Shown one piece after another: positions 48,719 through 60,300 of a stretch of 64,000 nucleotides of DNA. The notes beneath the pieces were generated by a model. It searched no databases. It had not been told where the DNA came from and saw nothing but the letters and a program-made list of their open reading frames with translations. The stretch is from Giardia intestinalis (taxonomy: Eukaryota), in NCBI GenBank assembly GCA_000002435.2, contig CM018792.1. One strand, written 5' to 3'. Made by a program: the position numbers and the translations under genes. How positions within the stretch are numbered: position 1 is the first letter of the stretch; every line of letters begins with the position of its first letter.

Positions 48719-49813
48719 ATGGTCAAGATAGCAAGTTGCAATATCAACTACTGGCACGATTACCGTGGAATATATGTCGGAGAGCAGATCGTCTCGTTTC
48801 TTTCGTCTGCTGTTTCCTCTACGGATGTGCTGTGCCTTCAGAATGTATCATATACGCAGCGGTACCTTTCTACTGTGCCAGCGCACTTCAGAGAGGTTCA
48901 GCTTTGCTGCTCTCACTTTCATGGAGCAATGGTGGTGAAAGCAGACTGCTCATCTATATCTAACTTTGTCTCGTCTTTAAAGCAACACCTTGGCCTCCCA
49001 TTAACAGCAGTCATCTCTATTTGTTCAGAAGATAAGAAGTTTGTCATTCCAGGTACCCTTTCTCCTGAGAGTCAACAAACACCTGTTCCAGAGTTGTCCT
49101 CCATCCTTTTCATCACAATAGTGCATCCCGGATCATGGGCCGGTGCAGCCTCAATTCATACTAGCAGTGCCCTCAATGCCTTAATAGAAGAGCTTAAAAT
49201 GCCCAATATCTTCTGCTTTCCTGTGGGGACCAATTCAATGGGGACCGTGCTTCTATCGAGGTTCCCAGTAATGAGTATTACCATCCAGAATCTCTTTGTA
49301 ACCCCTAGTCATCTTCTATCTGTCCCCGTAGTAACTATACAGACTCCAGACAGTGTTCAGTTTAACCTTTTCATTATCTCTCTCACCAGCGACCATGCCA
49401 CGCGACGCTTAGAATGTAACCAATTGCAACTCTTTCTACAGACATGCAAAGACTTTCAATCTTGCCCCACATTTCTATGTGGAGAATTCAATGCAATCAA
49501 TCGTAACGAGTACACCAAAACCCAATGGAATCATATCACAAAGCAACATATAGAGAACGGAAGCCCTTTTCTTGATGAGCCAATTTACGATGAGCTCCTT
49601 AAAGATGGGTTTATAGACGTGCTTTGGGGAGCTCCGTTGCAGCCGAAAAGTGGTGATATCTTTATCCATAGCGGGAAGAACAGAAGGACTCAGTATATCT
49701 TTACTTCTGCACGTCTTCATGGGTGCACATCTAGAGCTTTATTTAGTCATGACGCCACAACGAAGCTGGACTACATAACAGCCGATATACATATGTCCTT
49801 GAGAGCATGCTAA
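48719..49813 (+). CDS. endonuclease/exonuclease/phosphatase (EEP) family protein
   Basis: The N-terminus KIASCNINYW matches the (L)xxxSWNIxG-type EEP opening. DVLCLQNV resembles the LCLQE motif. A C-terminal His/Asp-containing block sits near the end. ATG at 48719. Confidence 0.55.
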   Translation: MVKIASCNINYWHDYRGIYVGEQIVSFLSSAVSSTDVLCLQNVSYTQRYLSTVPAHFREVQLCCSHFHGAMVVKADCSSISNFVSSLKQHLGLPLTAVISICSEDKKFVIPGTLSPESQQTPVPELSSILFITIVHPGSWAGAASIHTSSALNALIEELKMPNIFCFPVGTNSMGTVLLSRFPVMSITIQNLFVTPSHLLSVPVVTIQTPDSVQFNLFIISLTSDHATRRLECNQLQLFLQTCKDFQSCPTFLCGEFNAINRNEYTKTQWNHITKQHIENGSPFLDEPIYDELLKDGFIDVLWGAPLQPKSGDIFIHSGKNRRTQYIFTSARLHGCTSRALFSHDATTKLDYITADIHMSLRAC

Positions 49814-51420
49814 TTTACAACGATAGTTACTAGTATTAACGCCAAACCGACGCAAACAGAGACTGCGATACTGGTAGAACTAGCGAATGCACTAGTAATG
49901 GTGGTACATTGTTCTGTCTTGTGGTCCCATGTACCTTTTTTGCAGAAGCATCCGACGCCTGATTTTCCTGTGGGCCACCTATTACCAGAGGGACACTGCT
50001 GACATGTGGATGTTCCCCCCTTGCTATAGCTGTTTCTCTGACACTGAATACATCCAGCATCTATATTGTCTGCATCTCTTAGAACAAAGCCTGGCGCGCA
50101 CTCACAGTATTCTTCCAAGCGAGCACCGTCGTGCACCGTTGTCTTATTGGGAGGACAGGGTACACATTCGACTTGGCCAACTTCTTCATTGTAGAATCCT
50201 ATAGGGCACGGGTCGCATTCGGATGCAGCAGTCTTATTTGAATACGTTCCTGCTTCACACGGCGCACATGTGCCAGAACTGGCTTGTCCACGCTCTCCCG
50301 GGCCGCAGATAGCACCAAAGGCGACTATGGGGCTAACTTCATCAATATATGGTTCAGAACTAGGCTCTGCCACTACTTGATCAGGGAACAGTGTTTCCAA
50401 GACACTGTATGAAAACAGCTCAACCCCACTATTAGAGATAGAGGTTACAACATCTCCATTGACACTGTTGTAGAACCCTGTATCAAGGCTAGACTCTCGG
50501 TTATATAATAGAATAGTCTTTATCACAGCAGCGCTGCCTTCAGTTCTATCCATGTGCTCATGTGCAGTTTCTACAAATTCTTCCAGCCACATGCTCTTTG
50601 CCTTCGTGCTGCTAACCATTTCCCCGTGCCCATCATCCACCATGCTTGAGGTTCCACCTATGAGCATGACAGGTTTCCCTGGAGCGAGACTAGACGCAAC
50701 CCCCATCCCTACCTGAATCGGCTCCCTTGGATCTACCCAGTTATGTATGTCATCGTTGATGAGCTGCAATGCTATCCAATTAACGTAAGATTCTCCCGGG
50801 AAATACTCAGACGGTGTATGGACAAGATTGGTAGTATCCAAAGCATACGGATTGCCCTCGACTGCCTTAAACTTTGTAATATCAATATTCCACCCCCAGA
50901 TAATCCTGTCTGCAACTCCAGCTGCCTTCCCTTTAAGGTGAAGCCTCTTGTAAACCCTGACATACAGCTCTGGGTCTTCCGACCAGTACACGCCATTTGA
51001 ATTGCAGGTTGTGCCAAAGAAGAGCACACAATAGGATTTCTGCACTGTTCCATTCAGTAGTGTGAAAAAAGCGTCAATTATGTCGTCATGCAATCCATCC
51101 TCTATTGCCTGCAATGTGTCCCGATACGTGTCACTTAGTAAGGGGTTCCAGTTGATAACAGGAATTGCGTTCACAGATACGATTGCATTGATCTCGTCTT
51201 CAACACTTTTTAACGTTGCACTGGTTGTGGTCCAAGCCACGTCCAATGCTCTAAATACAAGCCGCTTTCCCAAGAAAAGCTCAGTATCAAATGTCTCATT
51301 AATAGGAAACCACCCACTGACACTTCCCAACACTGCAGCGCCTGCAAAGACAGGATGGAAAAGCCAGACACATACAAAGGCGATGCTTAGAAGCATAGGT
51401 ACGTGGATGTTACTGTACAT
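49810..51420 (-). CDS. type I membrane protein: signal peptide, glycosyl-hydrolase-like ectodomain, ephrin-receptor/TNFR-like Cys-rich repeats, C-terminal TM
   Basis: Hydrophobic N-terminus. The repeats are CAPCEAGTYSNKTAASECDPCPIGFYNEEVGQVECVPCPPNKTT ... CIQCQRNSYS ... CQQCPSG. The terminal TM is IAVSVCVGLALILVTIVV. ATG at 51418-51420. Confidence 0.6.
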   Translation of the reverse strand: MYSNIHVPMLLSIAFVCVWLFHPVFAGAAVLGSVSGWFPINETFDTELFLGKRLVFRALDVAWTTTSATLKSVEDEINAIVSVNAIPVINWNPLLSDTYRDTLQAIEDGLHDDIIDAFFTLLNGTVQKSYCVLFFGTTCNSNGVYWSEDPELYVRVYKRLHLKGKAAGVADRIIWGWNIDITKFKAVEGNPYALDTTNLVHTPSEYFPGESYVNWIALQLINDDIHNWVDPREPIQVGMGVASSLAPGKPVMLIGGTSSMVDDGHGEMVSSTKAKSMWLEEFVETAHEHMDRTEGSAAVIKTILLYNRESSLDTGFYNSVNGDVVTSISNSGVELFSYSVLETLFPDQVVAEPSSEPYIDEVSPIVAFGAICGPGERGQASSGTCAPCEAGTYSNKTAASECDPCPIGFYNEEVGQVECVPCPPNKTTVHDGARLEEYCECAPGFVLRDADNIDAGCIQCQRNSYSKGGTSTCQQCPSGNRWPTGKSGVGCFCKKGTWDHKTEQCTTITSAFASSTSIAVSVCVGLALILVTIVVN

Positions 51421-51490
51421 GCTCCGCGTTTTACCTTTATTTTGGCTGATCTACAGCTCCATCACAAAGGACAGAAAGTTGTAAAAAAGA

Positions 51491-52177
51491 ATGTCAGACA
51501 AGTTCTTTGGCGGGCCTTTCTTCTATGAGAATTCGATCATTAGTGGAGCACTACTGGTGACCGTTCTACTTCTCGGACTTGTTCCCGTTATCTTCGATGT
51601 GTCATCACTATTTCTTCTTAATCCATCCATGATGTTGGAGCAGAACCAATGGTGGCGGCTAGTAACGGGGTTTCTTGTTACAACGAATCCAGACATCCTT
51701 TGTCTCCTGGTGTACCTTCTTTACGTTGGAAGGGCCTATGAAGCGGCAAGTGGACGCTGGGCCTGCGCAAATCTGCTTTTGATAGCAGCTCTGGTATCCT
51801 GCGGTATAGCCTCTGCCCTCTGCTTCTGGAGCTACTATAGGTCGTACTACATTCCTCAATATGCTTTTGGGCTGGGGGCGGCATTTGGAACAGCCTCGAT
51901 CTTGACTAACAAGGGTAAGTGGCAGGCCCCAGTGTTTTCAAAGCTCATGATTTACAATAGCACAGGAACCTATGTGGCACTTGTTATGGCTTTCTTGAAC
52001 AGATTTGCCCTTGAGTCTGCCCTGTTCACTGCTGGTGGAATGTTGGCCGGCTTTTTGGTCGCCAAAAAGGTTCCGCCATTTTATATGTGCTGCAAGTGTT
52101 CTCATAGAAGAACAGCTCACGATGTTGATGCTGCGACGAATCTGGTGGAGACTACTACTGAATCTATACTTCAGTAG
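51491..52177 (+). CDS. Derlin-family (Der1-like) ER membrane protein
   Basis: QWWRLVTGFL is the Derlin hallmark (QxWRLxTxFL). Four predicted TM helices are present, and the 228-aa length fits. Confidence 0.65.
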   Translation: MSDKFFGGPFFYENSIISGALLVTVLLLGLVPVIFDVSSLFLLNPSMMLEQNQWWRLVTGFLVTTNPDILCLLVYLLYVGRAYEAASGRWACANLLLIAALVSCGIASALCFWSYYRSYYIPQYAFGLGAAFGTASILTNKGKWQAPVFSKLMIYNSTGTYVALVMAFLNRFALESALFTAGGMLAGFLVAKKVPPFYMCCKCSHRRTAHDVDAATNLVETTTESILQ

Positions 52178-52379
52178 TGGCATCTCCATGTTAACTATCG
52201 ATCGGGCATCCGAGAAGTAACAGTCTGCATATTAATATTTTTCCAGTATTTTTGATTGTAAATCAATCTTATCGTTATGATTAAAGATTGTACTCTTTTA
52301 ATCGGTAAATCAACTTGTCCTTTTACTTTGTGGACGTTGCAAGCTAGTCTTCGTCGTGGCCATAAATAAAAAAGGGTCC

Positions 52380-54359
52380 ATGCCAGGCTGCATTTTATGC
52401 CACAAAGAGGCAGAATCATGTTGTACCTTGTGTTTCTCTCCCCTATGTGAAGATCACCTCTTACCCTTGTCTCTACATAAGCAGCAATGCTCAGCTATCC
52501 TTCTCAAACGATTTACTGAAGCTGCTGCTCAAAGGGAGGTCAGTGACAATGCATCTCCAATGTATCACGATCTTCATAAATTATATATAGAGTGGGAGCA
52601 GGCTGCCACCAGGGTCATGCAGGCCGATGATTGCCTCACTAAGATAGACGCGCTGCTCCAGACACTTTGTCTTAGTAACACCCTATTTGGAAGTGGTCAT
52701 CCTGTGCCACAGGACGCCCTTGTTAGGTTACTTTCTCTTCTATCAGAAAGATATGTAGATGCCAAGGTGGTCATTGAAGTGCTTGACAACTTGGCCGAGT
52801 ATCCGTTGAAAATGACGTCGAAAATAAGGTACCTATACAACCTTTTCATTCTATCGTCCGGGTGTGTGCCCTCTAATTTAAAGGTCATAGGCAGTGATAG
52901 ATACCTGACGGTCAAGCGGAACATAAATCAAGCGATTTTTCTTCTCCTAAATGGTGAAGGGTGTTCAGCTCAGGCTTTGCTAGGAGACTTATTTCACCGT
53001 GACCGTTCACCAATTGAAACAGTGGTTTTGCGTTATGCATGGAGCTGCACTCAAACCAACAACAAAAACCGGCAAACCACTCTTTATTCGGTAACCGAAA
53101 AAGATCTGGAACAATCTTTTCCTAGGCAGTGTGAGGATGGCCATGTCACTATCTTTTTCATGCAACTGCTGCTTTACTTTACATATTATAATAGCCCATC
53201 CAACTACTCTAGTAAAACAGTGCATGACAAGATGGTGCTTGCCAAGTCTATGTTACGAGATACGCTGTATATGCTGCAAGGTGTTTGCACACTGAGCACT
53301 AGCATGTTGGCTGCTCTCTACATTCGAATTCTGGCTGTGCTTGTGGAAACATCATCGCTAAATAGTCTCATATATGAGTACGGCAGAGAAGCCAGCAGAA
53401 TCTTCGCGCAGTTTCTGCTACCTCCGAAGGAGTCGTCCGCACCAGACCAAACGGTAGAAGAGCCTGCTGGTTCCTCCGAGCGAGAATTAGTCATAGATGA
53501 TCTGGATATGACACCGCCTGTACGCAGAAAGATACATCACAGGCTGTGCTTCTTCCCCAGCGACTCCCTTCCGCCCATGCTAATCACAACAGTACCAAAT
53601 AACCCCTGTCTACAGGCAGAGCTAGCCTTCAATGTGACTAGGACTATGAAGTCGATACGTGCCTCAATCTCTAAACGGCAGAAAGAACGGTCGCTAGCAC
53701 GACGCGTAGCCTCGTCCTTTGTCGACCAGCGCATTTTGCCTCTCCATCACAAGAGCCCAAAGGTGAAAGCAATCTCCCAGCATCAAAGTGCACTCATACC
53801 TGCCAGCAATTTACAAAAAGGAGGAGTGGGTTGTGAAATGCTTGGTGGAAGCTCATCCAGGGGAAGAGCGGAGGCAAACCTAAGAGTACACGAAATCCTT
53901 GCAGACATGAGGCAGGCATACAGAGAGCGTACTAAGGCTTGCAACCTATCGGAAAAAATGACACTTGTATCTAACGATATAGACTTGGACTTCTTAGAAC
54001 ATAAATTGTACAGCTCTAGAATTGAAAGCTTTATCAAAAGCCCCGGAGACCAATACATTGCAACTCTTACTAAGGAAGTACTCTCCCCGTACTCTAAGCA
54101 ATCTCTTTGTAAGTTTTCAAAAGAGCTGGCTCGTAGTAGAGAGACAAGAAACCCTGATAGACTGATAAGTAGAAATCTTTGCTCTGTGGATATATCCTCT
54201 CCAGAATCAAAAGAGGCTTTCTCTGAACCACTTAAAACAATGAAGGGCAGTACATGGATTGCAGAGGTAGACGGGTTATTGGCAGCAACAACTGATGTTA
54301 TCAATGAGCTCAATGCTTACGAGATTGACGAGTTGAAGTCCGGTTGCGCACAGGTTTAG
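52380..54359 (+). CDS. hypothetical protein with N-terminal Cys/His cluster
   Basis: The track start is a GTG. The first ATG (52380) gives MPGCILCHKEAESCCTLCFSPLCEDH.... The 3' end overlaps the convergent gene by 50 bp. Confidence 0.5.
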   Translation: MPGCILCHKEAESCCTLCFSPLCEDHLLPLSLHKQQCSAILLKRFTEAAAQREVSDNASPMYHDLHKLYIEWEQAATRVMQADDCLTKIDALLQTLCLSNTLFGSGHPVPQDALVRLLSLLSERYVDAKVVIEVLDNLAEYPLKMTSKIRYLYNLFILSSGCVPSNLKVIGSDRYLTVKRNINQAIFLLLNGEGCSAQALLGDLFHRDRSPIETVVLRYAWSCTQTNNKNRQTTLYSVTEKDLEQSFPRQCEDGHVTIFFMQLLLYFTYYNSPSNYSSKTVHDKMVLAKSMLRDTLYMLQGVCTLSTSMLAALYIRILAVLVETSSLNSLIYEYGREASRIFAQFLLPPKESSAPDQTVEEPAGSSERELVIDDLDMTPPVRRKIHHRLCFFPSDSLPPMLITTVPNNPCLQAELAFNVTRTMKSIRASISKRQKERSLARRVASSFVDQRILPLHHKSPKVKAISQHQSALIPASNLQKGGVGCEMLGGSSSRGRAEANLRVHEILADMRQAYRERTKACNLSEKMTLVSNDIDLDFLEHKLYSSRIESFIKSPGDQYIATLTKEVLSPYSKQSLCKFSKELARSRETRNPDRLISRNLCSVDISSPESKEAFSEPLKTMKGSTWIAEVDGLLAATTDVINELNAYEIDELKSGCAQV

Positions 54360-57300
54360 GGGAAGAGCTATCATCACTGGGCTCCGAGTCGCTGTTACTA
54401 ACGGTGCTGCTAGAAACTTCCTCAAGGTCTTGGCTTGTTTCAGCACTCTTTTCATCCTGATCATCACCTTGTGAACTTTCAAAGCGAACAGACTCACAAA
54501 TGGCTAGATACTCATTATCTGTCAAGGCGGCGATGCCACGCACTAACAGTAGCAAATTACCAATCAGCTTTTCACAGAACTCTGCACATATTGCTATTGT
54601 TTGATCGCCGTTAAAGGAGTCCCAGTTTCCAGCGATGATACGGATGTCATTAATTAGTGATCTAAAACATGTATAGTAGCCAGTGGCAATGCGGTGCATA
54701 ATTAAGTTAAACCATAATGGATGAGCCACTACCCCAGCATATCTCTTTATTCTACCACATGGGTTGGCAAACGTTTCAAGTAAAATGTCCCGATAGGCAG
54801 AGGTGGTTAAAGTAATGTTTATGGCCTCAACAAGTACCAAGAATAGCCTCATTCGTGAAAGTATGGACATGGGATTAAATATTCCATCAAATGTGAGAGC
54901 ATGCTCCTGTCTTGACCTCGAAGATTTGCGCAGTCCAGTATGGGTTCCGGACATGTTGCCAGGTTTGATTCCAAATGGTCTAACGGTCAAGCTTCTGATT
55001 ATTTGAGCAAAGGTAATACTCTCATCGTTATTGGTGCTGCATGATGAGTCAGCTGTACTTACTGTAGTGCTCTGTGGTGATACAAACGAAAAGTCCAAGT
55101 TTGTGTGTGTAATTTCATTAGCTTCTAACGCATAGGGGACTAACTCGGTTACCAGGGATGAGTACAAAGGCGACACCGGTGATTGCGAAGAGGAAGATTC
55201 AATCCCAGAGGCATTAAGTGATAGGGAGAATAGACTGGCGGGTATATATGTCAAAATATTTGTATCGCGAATATATAGATCCTCCAAAATACTGAAGATA
55301 CGTGCACACGTCTCTGCTGAAAACGTAGCAGACTGTGCATCTATGTTATCCCATACAGATGCTTGTTTGACGATTTCTTCTTGGGCTTGGTCTCTTGGAA
55401 CTTGCATGTCTTCAGTAAAGTAGTAAAGGCCTGAGGCAAAGGTATTGTCTCTGTAAAGTTGGTAGCACACACTTACCAAATAAGACTTTGATTCTTCCAA
55501 CTCTAGTTTGCTCAATTGTCGCTTTGTCAGATTATCAGATGGTGCATCAGGGAAGAATGTGTCCAGCACGTGCTCTCTGAACAGTGCTTCTGCTGAGTAA
55601 ATTTTGAGTGTGTCAGTGCGGGTTGTAGCTTTCAGGAATAGGTGATATAATAGACCAAATGCGTGAGGAATATAATGGTCGCCCCATCGCTTTGGAGATC
55701 CATTTCTTACAGCAGTTTGAACCATGAGAAGCCGGGGCGTGGATCGGGGAGAGTAAAAATAAGGTGTCTTCTTGATTGTGTCGTTAAAGAAGGCCGACAT
55801 GTGTTGAACTGAAGAGAGGACAAGCTTCCTGATGTATCCATGCTTGCGCTGGAAGCGAGTATCCTCAGATTCGTAGCTTGAGTCAGATTCTGTGTCTGAA
55901 GCAGAACTTGAGCTTGAGTTTTGCTTGGTCTTGTTACTCGTTTTCGACTCAGACGCCTTCTTAGAGGCAGTATTGGCGCGTAGGACAACATTCCCCCTGC
56001 TTGTTAAGGCAAAGAGCTGTGGATGAAGCACGTGCTCCGGAGCAGGGGCAAAAGGGACCGTTCTATGATAAGCTTCGAGCGGAAATGAGTCTGATATAGT
56101 CTTTATTTTCCTAATGTCTTGAATGGCAGCGGGAGGAAGTACAGATAGCTTTATTGGATAACTGAGACATTCCGCAAGAAGGGTGTCCTCCAGAAGATCA
56201 CAATATTCTAGGCCATGATGGCAATAGAAGTCACTGGTGAAGGTCAATGATGGAAACGATGCCTTAAAGCATTTGGCTACCTGTTCCGATGCACAAGGCC
56301 CCTCCCGAATGTATTTTATCCATTGTCCCAGGACCTTCGATAGCGTCCTCAAGTGGTAGGCGCCAGACCAGTAAGGCAATATCGGAAACTCAGGTATCAG
56401 GTTCCGTGGCTCCAGTAGAAGTGAGTGCGACAGAGGAAGGATTACAAGGTCGTGACTTTTAGTTATCTGCAGATTGTACGTATTTTTTGTGCGCTCATTT
56501 GCTAAAAGCTTGTCCAGAAGTTCATAATCTGGGGTTATCAAGGGAGTTATTTGATCTATGCTGGTTACTGGTTTAATGAGAATGGTAAGTAACGTAAGAG
56601 GCATTCCCACAAAAGGGGGTCTACCCTTGTCTATCTGCCAATACTGAGGGTAAATGTCCTTGATGATTGCAAGGTATGGCTTATTATTGGGGTTTTCGGG
56701 GGCGTCTCCATAAAACCCTGTTTCTGGAGGCGGCCCTATAAGTCGATCTAAGACTGTAATGGTGCTACCAGTTATTCTTTTATCGAAGAAGGAGTCGATG
56801 AATTGGATGGAGTATCGATAATGAACAGGCAACACCAAAATGGCGTCTCCCACCTGGGGTATTGCGTATGAGTTTGCTTTACCTGCAACCAGCGGGGTTG
56901 ATGATGCAAAATCCTTCATGAACTCTATATTTCTCTTAATAAGTGTCTTGTATTGTAAACTGAGAAAGACCTTCGTATACTTTACCAGAGCTGTTGCACT
57001 TGTTACCTTTTCAATATATCTCTTTAAAGGTGGTTCCGACTTGGATTGTTCAACGGTTTCTTTTTTCGTATTCTTTTCCAAAACGAACTCTTCTGTTGTC
57101 TCTATCTCTTCACTATACGCTACGCTGTCAGATCCGCTGCTAGAATAGACAAATGAGTCGGTATCCTGCATGTCTTTTATTCGCTTCTTTTTTCTTCTGC
57201 CAGGGTTTTCTAATGACTCCTCGGAGTCGTTGTCCTTAGTAGATCTTTCATAAGCACCGGATTCGCTAGCTGATGACGAAATCGATGCAGAAGATTCCTC

Positions 57301-60300
57301 CTCCTGTTCCTGCACGTCAGATTCAGACTCAAAGGCGAGCTCATCTGCTCCCAAACTAGAGATGCTGAGGAGAGACCCTTCTGATTCTCCGGGTCCCGAT
57401 TTATTAATGAGGTGTCGCCGTGGATTCCTGATGCGGCGCGGGACAGAAGGAACAACATGACTCGAGATTGCTTCCTCAATACGTGCGATACAATTATCCA
57501 TATCGTCGAAAACATCAGTGTTATCATCCTGTATTTCCTTGACTTGTTTGGTCTGTAATTCTATATTCGAAGAAGCAACGAAGCCAGAGACATCTGTTGC
57601 AAAGAGGGGTTCAGATGTATTGAGCAGGTCCGAGATCAGCTCTATCTTCTCTCGTTGCTTGACATCCTTAAGCGTTGTTACATTCTCTAAAAGCAGAAAC
57701 TTTGATGAAGCACGATCAAGCAAAAATTCAGCCGCTGGTTGACAAAGAATCATAGCATTTAAAGAAGCGCACTTGGGGGTGATGATCCCCAGGTCTAAAT
57801 AGGATAGTTCATTGATTGATCTCATCGAAATAATGCTCTCATAAAATCCATGATAACAATGCTTCTGAGCCTTCTCATAATAACGAGCTAACTCTTCCAG
57901 GTAAGAGGGTAATGACTGCCTTTGCCGGCTCTCTTCCAGCGATGCAGGAATGAAGTAAACAGTACCATAAAATGAGCAGATTGCTAGTGGGTTTTCATAA
58001 TTAGCTAGATATCTCACCGTGTCATATACAGACAGTCCTGTAAACATACTCTTGGGTGCTTTAATGCTGAGCTTGAGCATGTGGTCGGTAGTAAGAGTTC
58101 TTAGATCAAGGTTGGGCAGACGGGTGATCAAGGCATTGTGTAGAGTGTACCGGAAAATGGTATCTATCCTTCCGATGCAATAGACAGAAACCACAAAGTG
58201 ACCCTCCGCCTGCTTGGCCTCAAGTTTAGAAATCAATTGCTTAAGTTGGTTTGGCGAGTCGAATAGTAGACAGCTATCATCAGAAAAATGACACTCCACA
58301 GCTAACTCCTCTGACAGAATTTTTGATATGCTAGTGCTTAACTCTTCGTGAAACATCTTCATTCCTGTGACGTTCAGGATCGCCTTGGCCCCTTTGATCA
58401 TTAATGGTTGAGTTGTAGGTGAAGATAGTTGCTCTGTAGGCAGCAAAGATGATGCCGTGAGTGCAGAGTTAACAGACTCATCTGGATCTGTCCCATATCG
58501 AGCGCTAAAGATCCCTGGTAGCTCAAAGAACAGGAACTGCTCTTGAGGAGAAATATAGCTCGGTGGAAATGTTGCCCCAATACCAATGGACATTATCTGG
58601 CCAGTGACATTCGAGACGAATAGCTCTCCGGTCTCTGAACTAAGGCAGATATCGCTAAAGACCAAACCCTCATTGTCTTGAGAAGAACATGGCATGCGGA
58701 TGTTCCAGACATTCTGGGTGCCATCGGGAGAGAGAAAGAAAAGGAAGAGATCCAAAGGAGATATGGTTAAGGGCAGTTCCTCGCCAGTTCGTTCCAGAAA
58801 GCGCAGACCAGTATTTTCCAGGTTCATGGTATCACTGACAACCCAAACATATGGAAGAGATGAGGATGAAGTGGCAGGGACGGCGCAGTTGAAGTAGGGA
58901 TGATTGGATAAGTCAAGACAGCAGATTGAGATACCGAAACCACAACCACACAGTATAACACGCGAAGTAGGTGATACCTTACGCTCAATAAAGGACTCGT
59001 CTGCCCCTAGGGGAAACTCATTTGCTCTATCGTGAGCCTCATCAGTAACCATTTGCTGTTCTAGCAAAGCTAGAGAAGGTGCGGCCGAAATATACGTATA
59101 CAGTAAAGCTAGTTCAAAGAACACGAGATAATTCTTACTAAACTTAGTGTTAGAGCACTTAACTTGTGCTGCAAGATAACGACTGTCGGGACTGATAAAG
59201 AACGATGTACAAGACCAGTAACTGGTGTTTGCCTCGCAGTATGATACGACTGACACAGAAATAAGCGTAAGACACCATGGCTTAAGATCCCGAACCATTG
59301 GAAATGGAAGAATTCGATATCCGCTGGTGTCAGACCCTGAAGACGCTAAGTTGGCGTCTTCAAAAGAGCCAGTATCTAGTTTTGCAAAAGAACCTCTATA
59401 CTCAGATGTGCTATAGGCTAACAAGCAAGACATGTTATGAAAGCTTACGACGAGGAGAAGGTCGTTTGGAGCGTACTGAATGTACTTAGGAAAAATGAGA
59501 ACGGTGCTGAGACCCCATTCTGTCTGTGGAGCTTCAATACAAAAGTGCATTAGATGCATCCCGCACACTTCTCCCCTGATTAGTGTCTGCCCATCGATAG
59601 AAATGTACTTCCATGGAAGCAAAGAGAAAGATCCGTTATCAGTGTATACCTCTTTAATATTGCTCGTCCTGAGAATGGTTATAAATGGCAGCCCATTTGC
59701 TGTCCAGGCGATGGCTAATTCAGTGGATGACTCATTAAGACAAGCCCAAACAATCCGGTTGTTCTCGGCATCAGTTGAGGAGGCTGTGAGCTCCATTATG
59801 ATGGCTGCATCACCTGTCGCGATGCATACTAGAAAGATGATTGCAGAAGATTGTACAATAGCAAAGGGGCTATTCTTAATGGTTAGAAGCTTCTCCAGCT
59901 GGTTTACGTAAAGGCTACTGCTCTTCTTTCCCACTGGCTGGGTTGTTCGTAGATAGCTTGAAGAAATATACGTGCAACTGCAGTAAAGTTCAGGTCCGTC
60001 CGCGATATCCAACGGAATGTCCCACACTATTACCACGTCCATCCACATGGCAACGACATAGCGCTCCTGGCTGATGGCCAGGTCGATTATCCGACTATGG
60101 TGTTCTACTGGAGAAATTAAATAACCGACTAAACGGACCACAGGGCCTTGAACATACCAAAGTTTTACTGCCCCGTCGTCAGATGCACTCACAAGATAGT
60201 GCTTTCTAAGAAGCTGAAGAGGAGTAAAGCCAACCCCATGGATCTGATGCCCATGGACAATAAAATTTCTTACAATCACGCCACTAAAGTCATGAAAAGC

